Of a stretch of DNA of 51,520 bases, positions 23,348-35,560 are shown piece by piece (positions within the stretch are counted from its first letter, which is position 1; each line of letters starts with the position of its first letter). Made by a program: the position numbers and the translations under genes. The stretch comes from Pelomyxa schiedti (taxonomy: Eukaryota; Protista; Evosea), in NCBI GenBank assembly GCA_020536535.1, contig JAHLWZ010000286.1, positions 1 through 51,520 of the forward strand, read 5' to 3'. The notes under the pieces were generated by a model. It worked only from the letters and a program-made list of their open reading frames with translations. It did no database searches and was not told where the DNA came from.

Positions 23348-25860
23348 TCAGTGGCCCCCAGATGACCCGCTTCTGTTCTTGTGGTGCCTGCCGGACTCTG
23401 ACTTTGAGTGTGGCCTCTTTTCCGACTTGTCGGATACGTCGTCGCCGCCCTCGGTCGCTGTCGCGCTCTTGCTTCCTCCCGACGACGACGAGCTCGTTTC
23501 CGTTGAGGCTGTGGTGGAGGCGGCCGCCTTAGCCGACGCCTTGGCTTTTCCTCCCTTGGTAGCGGCTGTGTGGGCAAGCTTCTCCTGCAGCACATTGGTC
23601 ATTTCGACATTCTCTTCCTCGAGTCTCTCGCTCAGAACGTTGAGTTGCTCGATGAACGGCAGGGAGGATATCTTCTCGGCAAGGGCGCCGGCGGCCTCGT
23701 TGACCACGTCGATTTCGGTGGAGCTTCCATCGAGGTACTTCTGCCATCTGGAATGTTGCTGGGTGAGTAGAGCGCGTGGGGTATTATGGGATGCAAGCGG
23801 ACACACCGATGAAGGTCGTCGAGGTGTTGGTCCAAGTTTCTGCGTAGCACGGCCAGGCCTCGTGTGTTCACTCTGAATTGTTCTTTGTGCTCATTCAATT
23901 GGTTCTCGGTCTTCTCCTTCTGCGAGGTCTCTTTCTTGAGGTTCGATTTAAGTGCTTCGACCTTGTTTAGGAGTGAGGTGTTTGTTTCCTGAAAAAAGCC
24001 GTTTTACCTCTGTTTCAACTTCTTGAAGGTGCTCCTCCAGTAAAGCCTTCTTCTCAACTAACGAGCGAGTCTTCTTTTCTTCTACGGCCAGTTGTTCAGT
24101 CAGCACCTTCTCTCCTCCTTCCTTTGCTTGCACGGCCTCGGTAAGTGAAGCGACCTTATTCAGAGCTGCAGTGAGCTCCTCCTTGACGGATTTCAGTTCA
24201 GCCGCTAGTTTCTTGTTCTTAGTTTGCTCGGCATCACACAAAACTTGGGTTGCTTCAATCTAGAGAAGTGATTAGAATGTTTCATGGTGTGGTGTGCTGG
24301 AAAAGACCTGCTCGGCAAGTTGGTTGTTGCGTTCCTCCAAAAGGAGAGTCTTTGCAAGAAGAGTGTTCCTTTCGGTCTCAACATTTGTTAGATTTTGTCT
24401 CAGAAGAGCAATTTCTCGATCCTGATTTAGAGTCACTTTGGGAAAAAGAGCATATTCGTAGAACAAACCTTCTCTTCAATAAGTCTCTGTTGGGCCAGGA
24501 ATTGTTCCCTCAGAGCAACCAATTCCTCATGGGTGGCGTCCCATCTCTTCTTTTCCTCCTCAATCTGAATACTTCCAAGAATTAATAAAAAAAAAAGAGC
24601 GCAATCACTGGTTCATACTTTGCTTGGGCCAAATTTGCAGTGAGGTCATAGTTCATTTTCACTAGCTCTTCCCTGCTTTTCTTCTCCAAGGCTCCTCTCT
24701 CGGTAACTTCATCCAGTTTAGTGGCAATGTCAGCCATTTGTTTTTTGTTGGTAATAGCAGAGTGAAACAAGCTGGTATACAATGCCAGAGCTCGGTCATC
24801 AACCTGGGGGAGATTACTTCCAGTAGTAGTCCCAAACAACTTACAGTGCCCTCAAGAATTTCATCAACGTCTAGAAGTCTTGAGATACCCATTTTTCGTT
24901 CGGCGTGGGTCATTACAAATTCAAGGACAGCCCTTGGATCCATCTATCCAAAGTTAGGTCTCGATGAAAATTTAGAGCCATACGGCCAAAATCTCCTCCC
25001 AAGAATGACCAAGAATTTCAGGATCATAAAGGTGACAAAGTGCGGCAAATGCCAGGCCGTTGGAAAAACTGGTGAAGATTAACGGAGGTACGGGACTGGA
25101 AACAAAGGAAAAACCTCGTTCGGTAATTAGTGATAGTCACTCCAGAGTAACTGTAGTTCTAAGGTTAAACTAGTTGGCTCTAGATCAACACTCTACCTTG
25201 CAGTTTGAGATTTGACCCATTCCAACAACATCTCTTCGGGACCAGCTTTCCCACTTCCAGTTCGAGTTGTTGACTCGACAATAACATTCATTCGGAACCG
25301 ACGGTAAAGAGTCCACAAAAGACCCAATACATTTCTCAGATCCTTGTGTGCATCGACGAAATCTATGGAAATTTACATCACCTAACAAGTACAAAGGTGG
25401 TTTGGGACCTTCAGCAGCATAACGGGACTGGGCCATGTTGATGCCAGTCTCCCTTTCCAAGAAACGAAGAGCCAAATGGCAGTTTGTAACTTTCTGGATT
25501 CGAGTCTTTGGGCTACTGTCGTAACGTTCTTTCATTTTACTTCCAGCAAGGAGCTCGAAGAAGTTAATCAGCAGAATACCGTCCTCCAAATCGGTTCTTA
25601 GGTCTGTCACAGTCATTTGGCGTTTAGCGAGAGTTTGTGCCATCCATCCAGTAAAAGCCTGCATACGAATGCGATTTAATACCACTAGAAAGACTGACAG
25701 GTTGAGAAGTGATGTGCTGGAATTGAGGTATGTGAAGTTTTTGTTGCCACACCTTTTCTTGGATGATTTGCCACTGAAGTTACGAACATAGGTTAGTGTG
25801 GAAGGGAAATGAAAATTTCAAAAAAATTTCCTATTGGCACACTTTTTCCTCTTTTTTCAT
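23348..25860 (-). CDS. ctx: Cortexillin-like actin-bundling protein (2 CH domains, coiled coil, cortexillin C-terminus)
   Basis: WQIIQEKAFTGW, DLEDGILLINFFELL, AEDFVD..LGLLWTLYRRFR, DDRALALYTSLF and GLAVLRRNLDQHLDDLHRWQK..LPFIEQLNVLSERLEEEN closely parallel Dictyostelium cortexillin motifs. Confidence 0.88.
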
Positions 25861-26339
25861 GCCCTTGGTGGCCTGAACAGTGTTGAGTGGGGGTAAAAAA
25901 AAAACCAAGCAAAAATACAACGCCCACAACCTCCAACAACACAACTATGGGAAAAAACGAGCGCTACCATCTCCGGTGTTGCAGACTTGGCTTTGGTTTG
26001 TTGCCTTTGGATCTGCCCTCAAGCTTTTATTTTTTTTTTTCTGCAACGAAAACAACAAGTTTTTGCCCGTCGAAGCATTTTGGTCGGGCTACCGCGAATA
26101 TATATTTAGGCCACCCAGAAAAAAAAAGCCTCACAACGCTTCGTGTTTTTCGGTGATGCAAAACAAGCCGCAGTTGGTTACTTGTTTTTTTTTTCTTTTC
26201 TCTTTTTTGTGCTTTTTAGTTTTACATATGTTCGGGTGTGGTTACAAACCACCCTGTTGTTGGCAATAGGATTTGTTATGATGGATAGGGATAGGGATAG
26301 GGATGTTGAATTGGAGCCACGAGATTTTGTGGGTTTGAA

Positions 26340-27285
26340 TTATGAGTGGGGCCTTTTTTTGCCGAGATCAGAGGATGTTGCCACTGATACTATGCAAGTG
26401 GTGGAAAGTAGTTTGGATTTTGTGAGTGTGGATAGTTTTCTTGACCTCCAGAGTTCATACTCATCACAGGAATTGTACGCGGCTTCAAAGAGTGTTGTTT
26501 CATGAGGTGCGGGTAATGTGGCTAGTGCACTGGCCCTGTCAGTTCCCCCGCGGTGAACAACCACCCCCTTGGATGTTGAAGTTGAGGTATTGGTTGTTGA
26601 CGAGCAATAGGGGTTGGCCCCGGCAGTAAACACCAACGAGTTCCCTCTGGCGGCACCTTCCACGGCTGTTGCTTGTTCCCCAAGGGGGTTATGGTGGATC
26701 TGGGCAATCCGCCTGGCTTGGTCATAAACTGTGGGATGGCGATGTGCCAGCATTGCCACCAACGCTTCTTGGTTAGCAGTCTCGCCTGAAGTTATTTGGT
26801 AAGCAAGCCCAAGCAAAGTGAAGGAAGATAAGTAGTACCGTTGAGTTTTGACACGGTCAAGTGCACGCTGTAAGTGTACTTCTGGGAACACCCGTCCACA
26901 TCACCAAGAGACACGACAGACGAAACAGTACTCGTAGGGGCGGCAGAAGTCCCATCCGAAGTACCTGTGGCCTGAACGAGGTCAGGGTCTACCAACGCTT
27001 GCTTCACCACTGCCAAGTGCCCACGTAAAGCCAGTTCTTGAGCAAGCCAAAGTGGCAAACATCGAGTACGAGGCCGAAAGCTTTGTCTTCGGTTAGTAGA
27101 GGAAAAAAAACGTGTTCGCCCAACAAAAAAAAAGAAAAAACGATGTGTTGCGTCTTTTTTTTTTTTGTTTACCCAAGGGAGGTGCAGTCGACGTTAAAAC
27201 GGACTGGAACGAACGTCTCGCCACACAAAATGTCGTCAATGTTGAAAAATGTGCTTGGTTCGTCCGTGTCCGTTGTCGTAGACAT
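26340..27285 (-). CDS. PSF3: GINS complex subunit Psf3-like
   Basis: FFNIDDILCGETFVPVRF, LPLWLAQEL, and C-terminal ETTLFEAAYNSCDEYELWR. Two short introns join the frames. Confidence 0.75.
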
Positions 27286-27542
27286 TTGCGCGCGTTTCTC
27301 GTTCCCTACGCGGTGATGTTTATCACCCTTGGTTTTGTTTTTGTTTTCTTTGTTTTCGTTGAACTGTAGGAAAGGGCAAAAAAAATCCTCAGTAGATATC
27401 AGATGGGTTGGACTTTCCTGACTCAACCCACTCGCGTGGCCAATGTGGGAACGTACGCGGCCACATTCTTCCAGTGTCTCTCACCGGGCACCTGTCTCTC
27501 TCAGCCCTCTCGGATCTTCGAGAGAAAATTACACAATTAACA

Positions 27543-28054
27543 ATGGCCGACGAGGACAACCCGACAGCAGAGGGGGCCGCCGCAACCGTACGAAAGCGAG
27601 TGGGCTACCCCCTAGACCCCGAGGCCAGCGAAGGAGGCGGGCGCAACGACGCCGCCCCAGCACCAAGCCCCGCGGCGACCACCGGCCCCGGCGACGAGAC
27701 CAGCAGCGGGGACGGCGGCGGCGCGCAGCCGGCCACCCCCGCCGCGGCCGCCGCAGCGGCTCCGCAGAAGCACGCGCCCAAGCGGCCTCGGCAGGGCCAA
27801 CAGCCGCCCGCAACGGCAGCAAAGTCGGCGCAGAGTGCCCCGAGGGCGCGGCAGCAGCAGCAGCAACAGCAGGGGGGCGGTGCGGCCCCGGGCGCGGGGG
27901 CGGGAGGGGGAGGGAGGCCGGCGGGGGTGAGCAGGAGGGCCAAGTGGCGGCAGAGGAAGAACCTGCAGAGGCAGTGGGCCGGGCTGGACCAGTGTGCGCA
28001 GGAAGAACTGCCGGCGGCCAGCTGGGGAGACTTGTTAGAACAATCTCGGATTCG

Positions 28055-28108
<54 letters not shown>

Positions 28109-29853
28109 AGAGCAAGAGCAACAGGAGCAAGAGCAGCAGGAGGAGCCGGAGGAGGAGCAACGAGAGGCTGAGGAACAGGAAATGCAAAAGGAAGGGGAAA
28201 TGGAGCAGCAAGAAGAAAATGTCCTCAAGACTGACATATGGTCCACGCAGCGAGCTCCTCAGAGCAATGTAGCCAGCGAGGGACATTCGAAAAGCCAGGA
28301 TATTCATACTGGAGTGGGGAGTGGATTACCTCTGAAACCTGTGCAAGAAAAGAGAACCCCTTGGGTACCTAAGAAGATGGCATGCCCGCCTCCTGTAGTG
28401 AAAGCTGAACCTTCAGAGCATGAAGGCAAGGAAGAAATAAAGAAAGCTGTGCCAATTGATCCCGCGTTCGATAAGAGGACCCCTTGGGTGCCAAAGAGCA
28501 TGCCTTCAGCGGCTGCAGTTACACAACAGTATCACTCCCATGAGCCTTTTTCAAGACGTTACCAGTACCCGAAGAAAACGGAGGGCTTCTGTGGGAATTA
28601 CTCCACTTACTATGGCTATCGCTATTCTGCAGAGGAGAGGAACTCAAATGCTCCAGATGTGAGACTAGGATACATTCCTTCTCAGTGGTTTCAGGACAAA
28701 GTGTGCCTGGACGTAGGGTGCAATGCCGGGACCGTCACCATAGATATTGGTATATTCCTATTCTCAGTAAATGTCATTATCACCCTAATTTCACACGTAC
28801 AGCACAACACTTCGACCCCAAAGAAATCACTGGCCTGGATATTGACCCAAACCTTGTGTACAAGGCCAACTGTGCAAAGGAATCAAAATTGTCCAGTACC
28901 TTGGTTTCTGCAAGTGCCGCAGTGTCGACCCCCCAAAGCAATTCAAGTAGTACAACCACAAGTGCTTCCTCAAACACAGTCTCTAAATCAAAATTTCCTG
29001 CCAACGTTAAGTTTCAAGTCGGCGACATTTTAGAACTTGATGACACGGTGCCTAAATATGATGTCATTGTATGGTATCTAGCCTCGTTTTTCCCCCCGTT
29101 ATACTTATACAATCTCAGTTTCAGTCTTACAAAGTGGGTGCATTTGATGCACGGAGACCGCGGCCTGATTACAATGTTCAGAAAGTTCTACAATCTGTTA
29201 CTGGATGGAGGAGTACTAGTATTAGAACCACAGCTGTGGAAAAGTTATAACAAACGCGGGAAGTTCACTGAGGTACACTCTTATAATACCATCTCTCAAT
29301 TCATAGTTGAGGACAGGCAATGAAGAAAAACTACCGGGAAGCCAAAATTCGACCTCCTGAATTCACTTCAGTACTCCTCCAAGAAATAGGATTTACATCT
29401 TTCAAGGACTTGTATCAGCCGCCAGAGGGCAAAAAGGCAGGGTTTGACAGGCCCATCACTGCCTATTGGAAGAACGCGACCCCAGCTCAAGCAACACAAA
29501 CTGCACCCCAAGTTCCGTCATCAAGCAGCACCACTCCAATCGCAACCCCCGATCCGAATCTCCCCAATTCGTCACTCCAGCCACAACCCACAATACCACC
29601 GCACACCCAATCCACCACAGCTGAACCGCAACCAACAAACACCAACCCACAGCCGCCCTCTCAACCCACAAGCACTGCCACTGTCACCAACACCGGCACA
29701 GCGGCGCCAACAACCACAGACCCACAATCCCAACAACCCAACCCACCCACCCCCACTATAACTATTCCCACAACACCAACAACACCAGAACCAATAGTAG
29801 AACAACCTGCACTCACCAACCATAACAATCCACCTTCCACCACAAACGAGTGA
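27543..29853 (+). CDS. MEPCE: Bin3/MePCE-family RNA 5'-methylphosphate capping methyltransferase
   Basis: GNYSTYYGYR, CLDVGCNAG, GLDIDPNLV, FPANVKF, SLTKWVHLMHGDRGL, LVLEPQLWKSY, GFDRPI. Long low-complexity N- and C-termini. Confidence 0.92.
28056..28139 (+). repeat. (GAGCAG)n coding microsatellite encoding poly-EQ
   Basis: Perfect then degenerate hexamer tandem repeat inside the first exon of the Bin3 gene. Confidence 0.95.
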
Positions 29854-30159
29854 AAAGGGGCACAAGTACCAAAAGCAACATTCCGTCATTTGGATGAGGT
29901 TTTGTCCATCCATCTAGGGACAGAATCAGTCTCACAACTTTTCGTCTTTCAGCATAATTCACAAATGCAGAAACAGTTTTTGCCGGGAGTTTTTGGAAAA
30001 CATGTCAACAACAAATCAAAAAACGAACGAAGGAAAACCAAAGAAAAAAAGAAGCCTCGAGGCGGCTGTGGGTGCCAACGTTGTGACAGGGAAAAGGAGA
30101 GATCTTACGGGTAGATCGCGAGGGGGAAGTGAGTACTAATAACGCACAACCGGAACACG

Positions 30160-32303
30160 ATGTCGTTGCCGAGACTAGACGTGGGTTACGTGTTGCACAC
30201 GGCACTCCGACAGGAGTTGGAAAAGCTCCAAAATTATACGAGAGAGTTGGAGGAAAAACAACGAAGGTACCAGGCGAAGCTGGACCTCGTGTCTGCCCAC
30301 CAGCAGCAGGTTTTGGTTGCTTATGCTTTTTGATTTCTAATTTATGCACAGAATGAATCGATAATCTCGGAGGGCTCCAATGCCCTGAGAAGACTCTACG
30401 AAGAACGTGACCCTGACGAAGGGCTCGATTTCTATTGCAGGGAGTTGCCAGATGTATGTTAATTCCGTTGAACGCATTCAATCATTTTAACAACCAAATC
30501 AGAATCCTGTCAGACCAATGCCCGCCCACACTGACCCTCTGTTGGTAGTCGAGGGCCCAAGTGATGAATCCGAACAGCGGTATAATGGTGTCGCATGTGC
30601 GAGAAGTATCTCCACCTACCCTAGATTGTCCCCAGAAGAGAAAGTTTCTCTTCCAATAAATGAGGCTTCAAATAACATTATCAGGTTGGGGACCCAATTT
30701 GTGACAGATTCGCTTTCCAAATGTTTCAGGAGAGGCGAATTGTAGTTGGTACTCCGTCATACTTCATTTCTTTTTCTCATAAATTAATTTTGTCAGGCAT
30801 TGCTGATGGGTGCAACTGGGGTCCCAATGTCCGTGATGCTGCCACAGCTGCAACAAATGCCTTTGTTCATTCATTAGTTAAGCATCAGGGGTAATGCCTT
30901 GCCTGTTTTCTTGTTTTTCTCTTGTCTCCACCAATCATTTGACCTGATTCAACAGGGAAATAGAAACAATAAGAGATGCTGGCCCATTTCTTCTCCGTGC
31001 TGTTGCAAAAGCACACAATGCTATCATCTCCAGAAAAGGAGTTCGTATATATGGCACAACAACTCTGCTTGGCGGTTATCTATTACCTTTGGCTCAGAAA
31101 CCAGTGATTGTACCGTTTTTTTTGCAAGTGATCGATTATTAACTCTTTCACAGGAGAAAAAGCCAAGCAAAGGGAAAAAGAAAGCTTCTTCTTCCGATGA
31201 ACACTCTGTCTTGACACCTGGTTGAAATTACATTCTCTTCGACTCACTAAATATCGAGTAGCACCTCCTCAACAATTTGGTTGTGCTATAATAAGTGTTG
31301 GAGATTGTAAAGTTTTCCGCTGGTCTGCAAGTACCCATCGTTTTATTGATGTCACGTAAGCTTGATGAATCTATGCTACTTCTTATATCCATATCAGAAA
31401 AGATAATCTTCGTAGTGCTGCTTCTATTGATACAGCAGATCCAGGGGGTCGACTTGGGCCATTTGTAGATGATACACAGCCTGATTTACGAAACATGCAC
31501 CTTTACTACTCTGAATGCGATCACAATGACTTGGTGCTGTTCTTGAGGTATTTTGCCCTTCTATTCTTGGGTTTTTCCAATTAAAAATAGTGATGGCGTT
31601 CATTGCAACTTGACTCCAGAATTCCTTGGTGTCGGGCCTGGTGTTCTATGTGACCAATTTCACTCAATGACTTGGGATGAAGCTGTACAAACAAATAAAA
31701 AGCTTGCTCTGGAACTTAGGGAAACCTTCATGTGAGTTTTATTATAAAAAGACACATACAATAAAAACGTACGTTCAGGGCATCAAAGCTGGAAGAGATA
31801 ATCTTTTCCTCTAAAGCATCCGACCCTCAATTCTTGCATGATAGCATGCTTTCTGTAGATATTACACCTCTATATGTGAATGAAACTATTCTAAACTACT
31901 GCAATGAAGTAACATCCGCTAGCAGGTATGAAAGAATCAAACAGGAGAGTAAAGCTTAAAATAATATAGGAGGTTCATGGAGGAGCACCCAATGCAAAAA
32001 CAGCAGACTGACTACCGCCGGTTCCCTGGCAAAATGGACCACGCCACATGCGTTGCCATACGAATCAATACCTCAAATGAGCCTGTGAACACAGAAGCCC
32101 TCCACCAAGACCCACGAGGCACCTCCACACCGGACTCTACTCCAACGGCTTCCACAACTACCACGTGCACTACCACGACAACACCCACTGCATCTTCCTC
32201 GCATACAACCGAGGAAACCCCAGCGAGGCCCACATCACCCTCCCCATCCCCTGCCCTTCCTCCTCCAACGGCTTCATCCTCACACCGCCGAAAAGGCCAT
32301 TAA
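30160..32303 (+). CDS. PP2C/PPM-type phosphatase-domain protein
   Basis: SISTYP..GDPICD, IADGCNWG, GTTTLLGG, SVGDCK, DPGGRLGP, SDGVH, FPGKMDHATCV. Short N-terminal coiled coil and S/T/P-rich tail. Confidence 0.85.
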
Positions 32304-32614
32304 ACAAACAAGCACTCAAACGCACCAGATACCAAAAAAGCACCAACAAATAAGTTCTCAGTTTTGACTCCACCTCATAGTACCTACTCTGAAGCTCACA
32401 TCCCTCAAAAAAACGTTCCCGTACTTGTGATGATAAACTCATGAATAAGAAACTAAACAAGCAACGGTGAAACCACAAAAGTGTTTTCCCCAATGTTGGC
32501 CTTCTCTGCTTCGCTAAATTCGAAGTTCTTGTTTGTTGGAATAGGACAGGATTCTCAGGTTCCTGACTCCTGGAGTGAGCCACTTTTCAGGTATTCGGAG
32601 TTCTTTTGAAGAAA

Positions 32615-33673
32615 CTACAGTTTCGAAGCTGATGCTGTGGTGACGGAGGAGGGGCTTGGCGAGAAGCACGGCGACTGAGGTGGGGGTGGAGTTGCAAGCC
32701 TGACGTCATCGGCGTAGGGGTCGGGAATGTGCAACTGCATGTACGGCCTGACGCTTCTGCAGCCGCTGATGTTGGCCTGCCACGCGAACGGCTTGTTGGG
32801 CAGCTCGTCGAAAATGTGGGCCATGGTCATGACCGACCGTGCGAATATCTGGAAGTACACAGCCAGACCAGGACGGTCGAATCCAAGGCTGAGGTATGAT
32901 ACAGCGGACCCTGTGTCGCCGTTGGGATACAAGCCCTTCTCATCTCGCATCACTTGGGCCAGGACCTTGTAAATATGGTAGAACCTGTGCATAGGGAAGA
33001 TTTTTGAGCATGATGTTGGGACTCTACCTGCTGTCTGGGTAATTTTCTTCTATGAGCTGGATCATCAACGCGTTCCTTTCGTCCGTGATGGAGAGTGGAT
33101 GGCCAAAGCCGTGGATGGTTTTATGGTTCTGAAGTTGCTGCAGCGTCCACTCCCTGACTTTGTCACTCAATTCGGCTATGGACATACCCTTTGTCAAGGA
33201 TTCCAGCAGTAAGAACTGTGTCATAGAGTTGAAGCAAGCTCCAAGATGGTGGGTACCTATGGAGTTGAGTTGGTCATGTTAGTGAGTACAAATAGCTACC
33301 TGCCGAGAGAGCCTCACATGCCAATCCATTGGTGGTTGCCATGAGCTCATCCTTTGTCACACATGCCAGGAACCGCGGCATTCCAACACTTGGAGGGATC
33401 CATCCAACACCCCCCACAGAAATCATCCAGATTCTGGATAAGAACCGCTTATCCTTTTCTGAGGGCCACTTGCCAGCGTGCTTTATGAAGAGCATGTCCA
33501 TCCAATCCCTGCCTTCGCCATGTAGGTCTTCAATTGTCTTCCTGTCATCGAGGTACTCAGAGCAAAACAAAAAAAAAAAGTTTCTCATGTAACCGACCAG
33601 CAGTCAGGACCCCCTGACTTTGTGCAGTTGATGTAGTGATGTGTGGTGCCATCAGCAAGCAGCTCGTAATCAT
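32615..33673 (-). CDS. Citryl-CoA-lyase-like / citrate-synthase-superfamily protein (~290 aa, 3 introns)
   Basis: GTHHLGA (cf. PxHGGA), IHGFGHP..DER, LYPNGD (cf. NVD catalytic Asp), FARSV..MAHIFDE. Start is 33652 or 33673. Confidence 0.78.
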
Positions 33674-33877
33674 CTAGGTTATTGTTTGGAATGAAGCCTC
33701 TCTCGTTGATAGCCCTCGACATCCTGTGTTTTCCTGAGTTTGTTTGTTGTGGAAGATCGCTGCTAAAAAGTCAGCAACTTTCCAGCTGGAAAAACCACCT
33801 ATCTTTTTGGCGTTCCAACGTTTTAAGAGAACAAGAACGGAAGCGGAGACAATTGAAAACATCAGAAAAAACCCCGC

Positions 33878-35342
33878 ATGGTGTTCAAGAAACACAACGA
33901 CTCCTACAAGAGAAACGGTATCCTTGGTCTTATTTTTACAGCGGTCTTCTATCTGGCATGGGGGAGCATCTCGTCAATACCTATATTTGTCACGGCACTC
34001 AAGCAGCACTTTGACCTTAACCAAAAGGCCGTAGCCTCGCTCTCATCCACTACATTCCTGGTTACACAGCTGTCGATGTTTCTTGCCCCTCTGCTCAGCA
34101 AGAGTGCCTCACTGCCTCAAATTGCCCTGGTCACTGCAACAGGGGCGCTGGGGTTCCTGGGGCTGTGCCTTTCGAGCTTCTTCCTCGATAGCCCAAGTGA
34201 CTTGTGGATGCTGCTGCTGTGCTGCGCCGTCATTGCGGTCTCGGCTGGTCTAAGTCAGGTCTGTGTACAAGGCCCGGCAACACATCTGCTGATCAAGGAA
34301 AAGAAACAACTGGTCTCGGGAATTGTGGCAACGAGTTTATGGTCTCTCTAGCTTCCTTTTAATTCCCCTGCTCATAGAATGATAGTGTAGGTGCCATTAT
34401 TACCTCAGCTGTCTGTCCAGAGGGAATGGGAAAATTAATTTCCGCAGAATTTCTGGGAGTGGCACTGGCCATGCTAATAGTGGGGACCATATGTGCCATT
34501 GTCATTCCGACACTTTACAGAAGGTTCATGGTAGGAGCTCCGATCGAGGAGACCAAGTCGCTACCAACCCTTCAAATATGGAAAGAATTCTTCACTGGGC
34601 CAACTAGCTGGCTTGTAATTGTATGCGTAGTGTGCAAAGTGACTGAGGGCATTGTTATAACATCAAACTGTGCTCTCATTGCAGAAACCTTTATGGTATG
34701 GATGAACCCAACCATTCATTGAGTTAAACGCAAATTAAGGATCCGGATTTGATGAGCATGTCCACAGTTGCTATGCTGTACCTTATCTGCCAGCTTATTG
34801 GCAGAACACTGAGCATATTCCTCGTATTCAGACACTCCCCACTAGTCCTCATGATCGTAGGGAGCTTTATTTACACCGTTCTTCTCATACTGCTTTCTGT
34901 TTGGGATTCAGGTAACCTGATTCTTCTGTTCCTTTCAGGGTTTGGAATTTTGTACGGGCTGCTGCTTCCGCTTACTTCTCCATTCTTGTTCTATGCAAGA
35001 GTAAGCAATGACCGCGCGTGGGCTTCCATCGCCCCCCTCACAATGGTACCAGCAGCAGTGCTGAGCATGATTGTCAACCTATTAGCTGGCCATGTATATG
35101 ACAAGAATGGAGTTGACACAGATACTGGGACTGTGTGCTACGGCTCCAAGTGCTGGAGGGATGGCTTCATCATTTGTGCAGTCGCTGCCATTATTGGGAT
35201 GATCGCTTCTGGCATTCTATTTGCCATTGCAGTGCGCCGACCTGCACAACCACTACACTCTCAGCTTAACTCACGATTCGAGGCAGGGGCATTCAGAGAT
35301 AAGCCCTCCGCCAAAGCTAACTATTTATTTCAGACAGTGTGA
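33878..35342 (+). CDS. MFS transporter, nodulin-like/OFA-type
   Basis: About 12 hydrophobic helices, LKQHFDLNQ near the N-terminus, LAGHVYD..CYGSKCWRDGF near the C-terminus. Confidence 0.82.
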
Positions 35343-35560
35343 AATAGGAAAAACATTTTTTCTTTCTTTAGCGTTTGTGCCCTGGAGTTGTCTCAATTCT
35401 TTGATACTTATACTCCCTCCAAGTCCTCGACACAACTCACATCCACCTCTAGGCACGAATATTCAATTTTTACAAGCCTGCGAAAAAAATTTCGTTTCCA
35501 GCAATCTGCAGCACTTGTTTATTTGAAAGCCATCAAACCGGTTAAAAAAAAGAAAAAACC

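Noticed and set aside
27605-28307. Poly-CS and poly-L minus-strand ORFs; likewise the poly-VC/RK/NA ORFs at 38097-38561
   Set aside because: Translations of hexamer microsatellites; not CRISPR either, as there are no spacers.
32427-32567. C/D snoRNA candidate (GTGATGA...CTGA) between convergent genes
   Set aside because: No terminal stem or rRNA-complementary guide recognised; the boxes could be chance.
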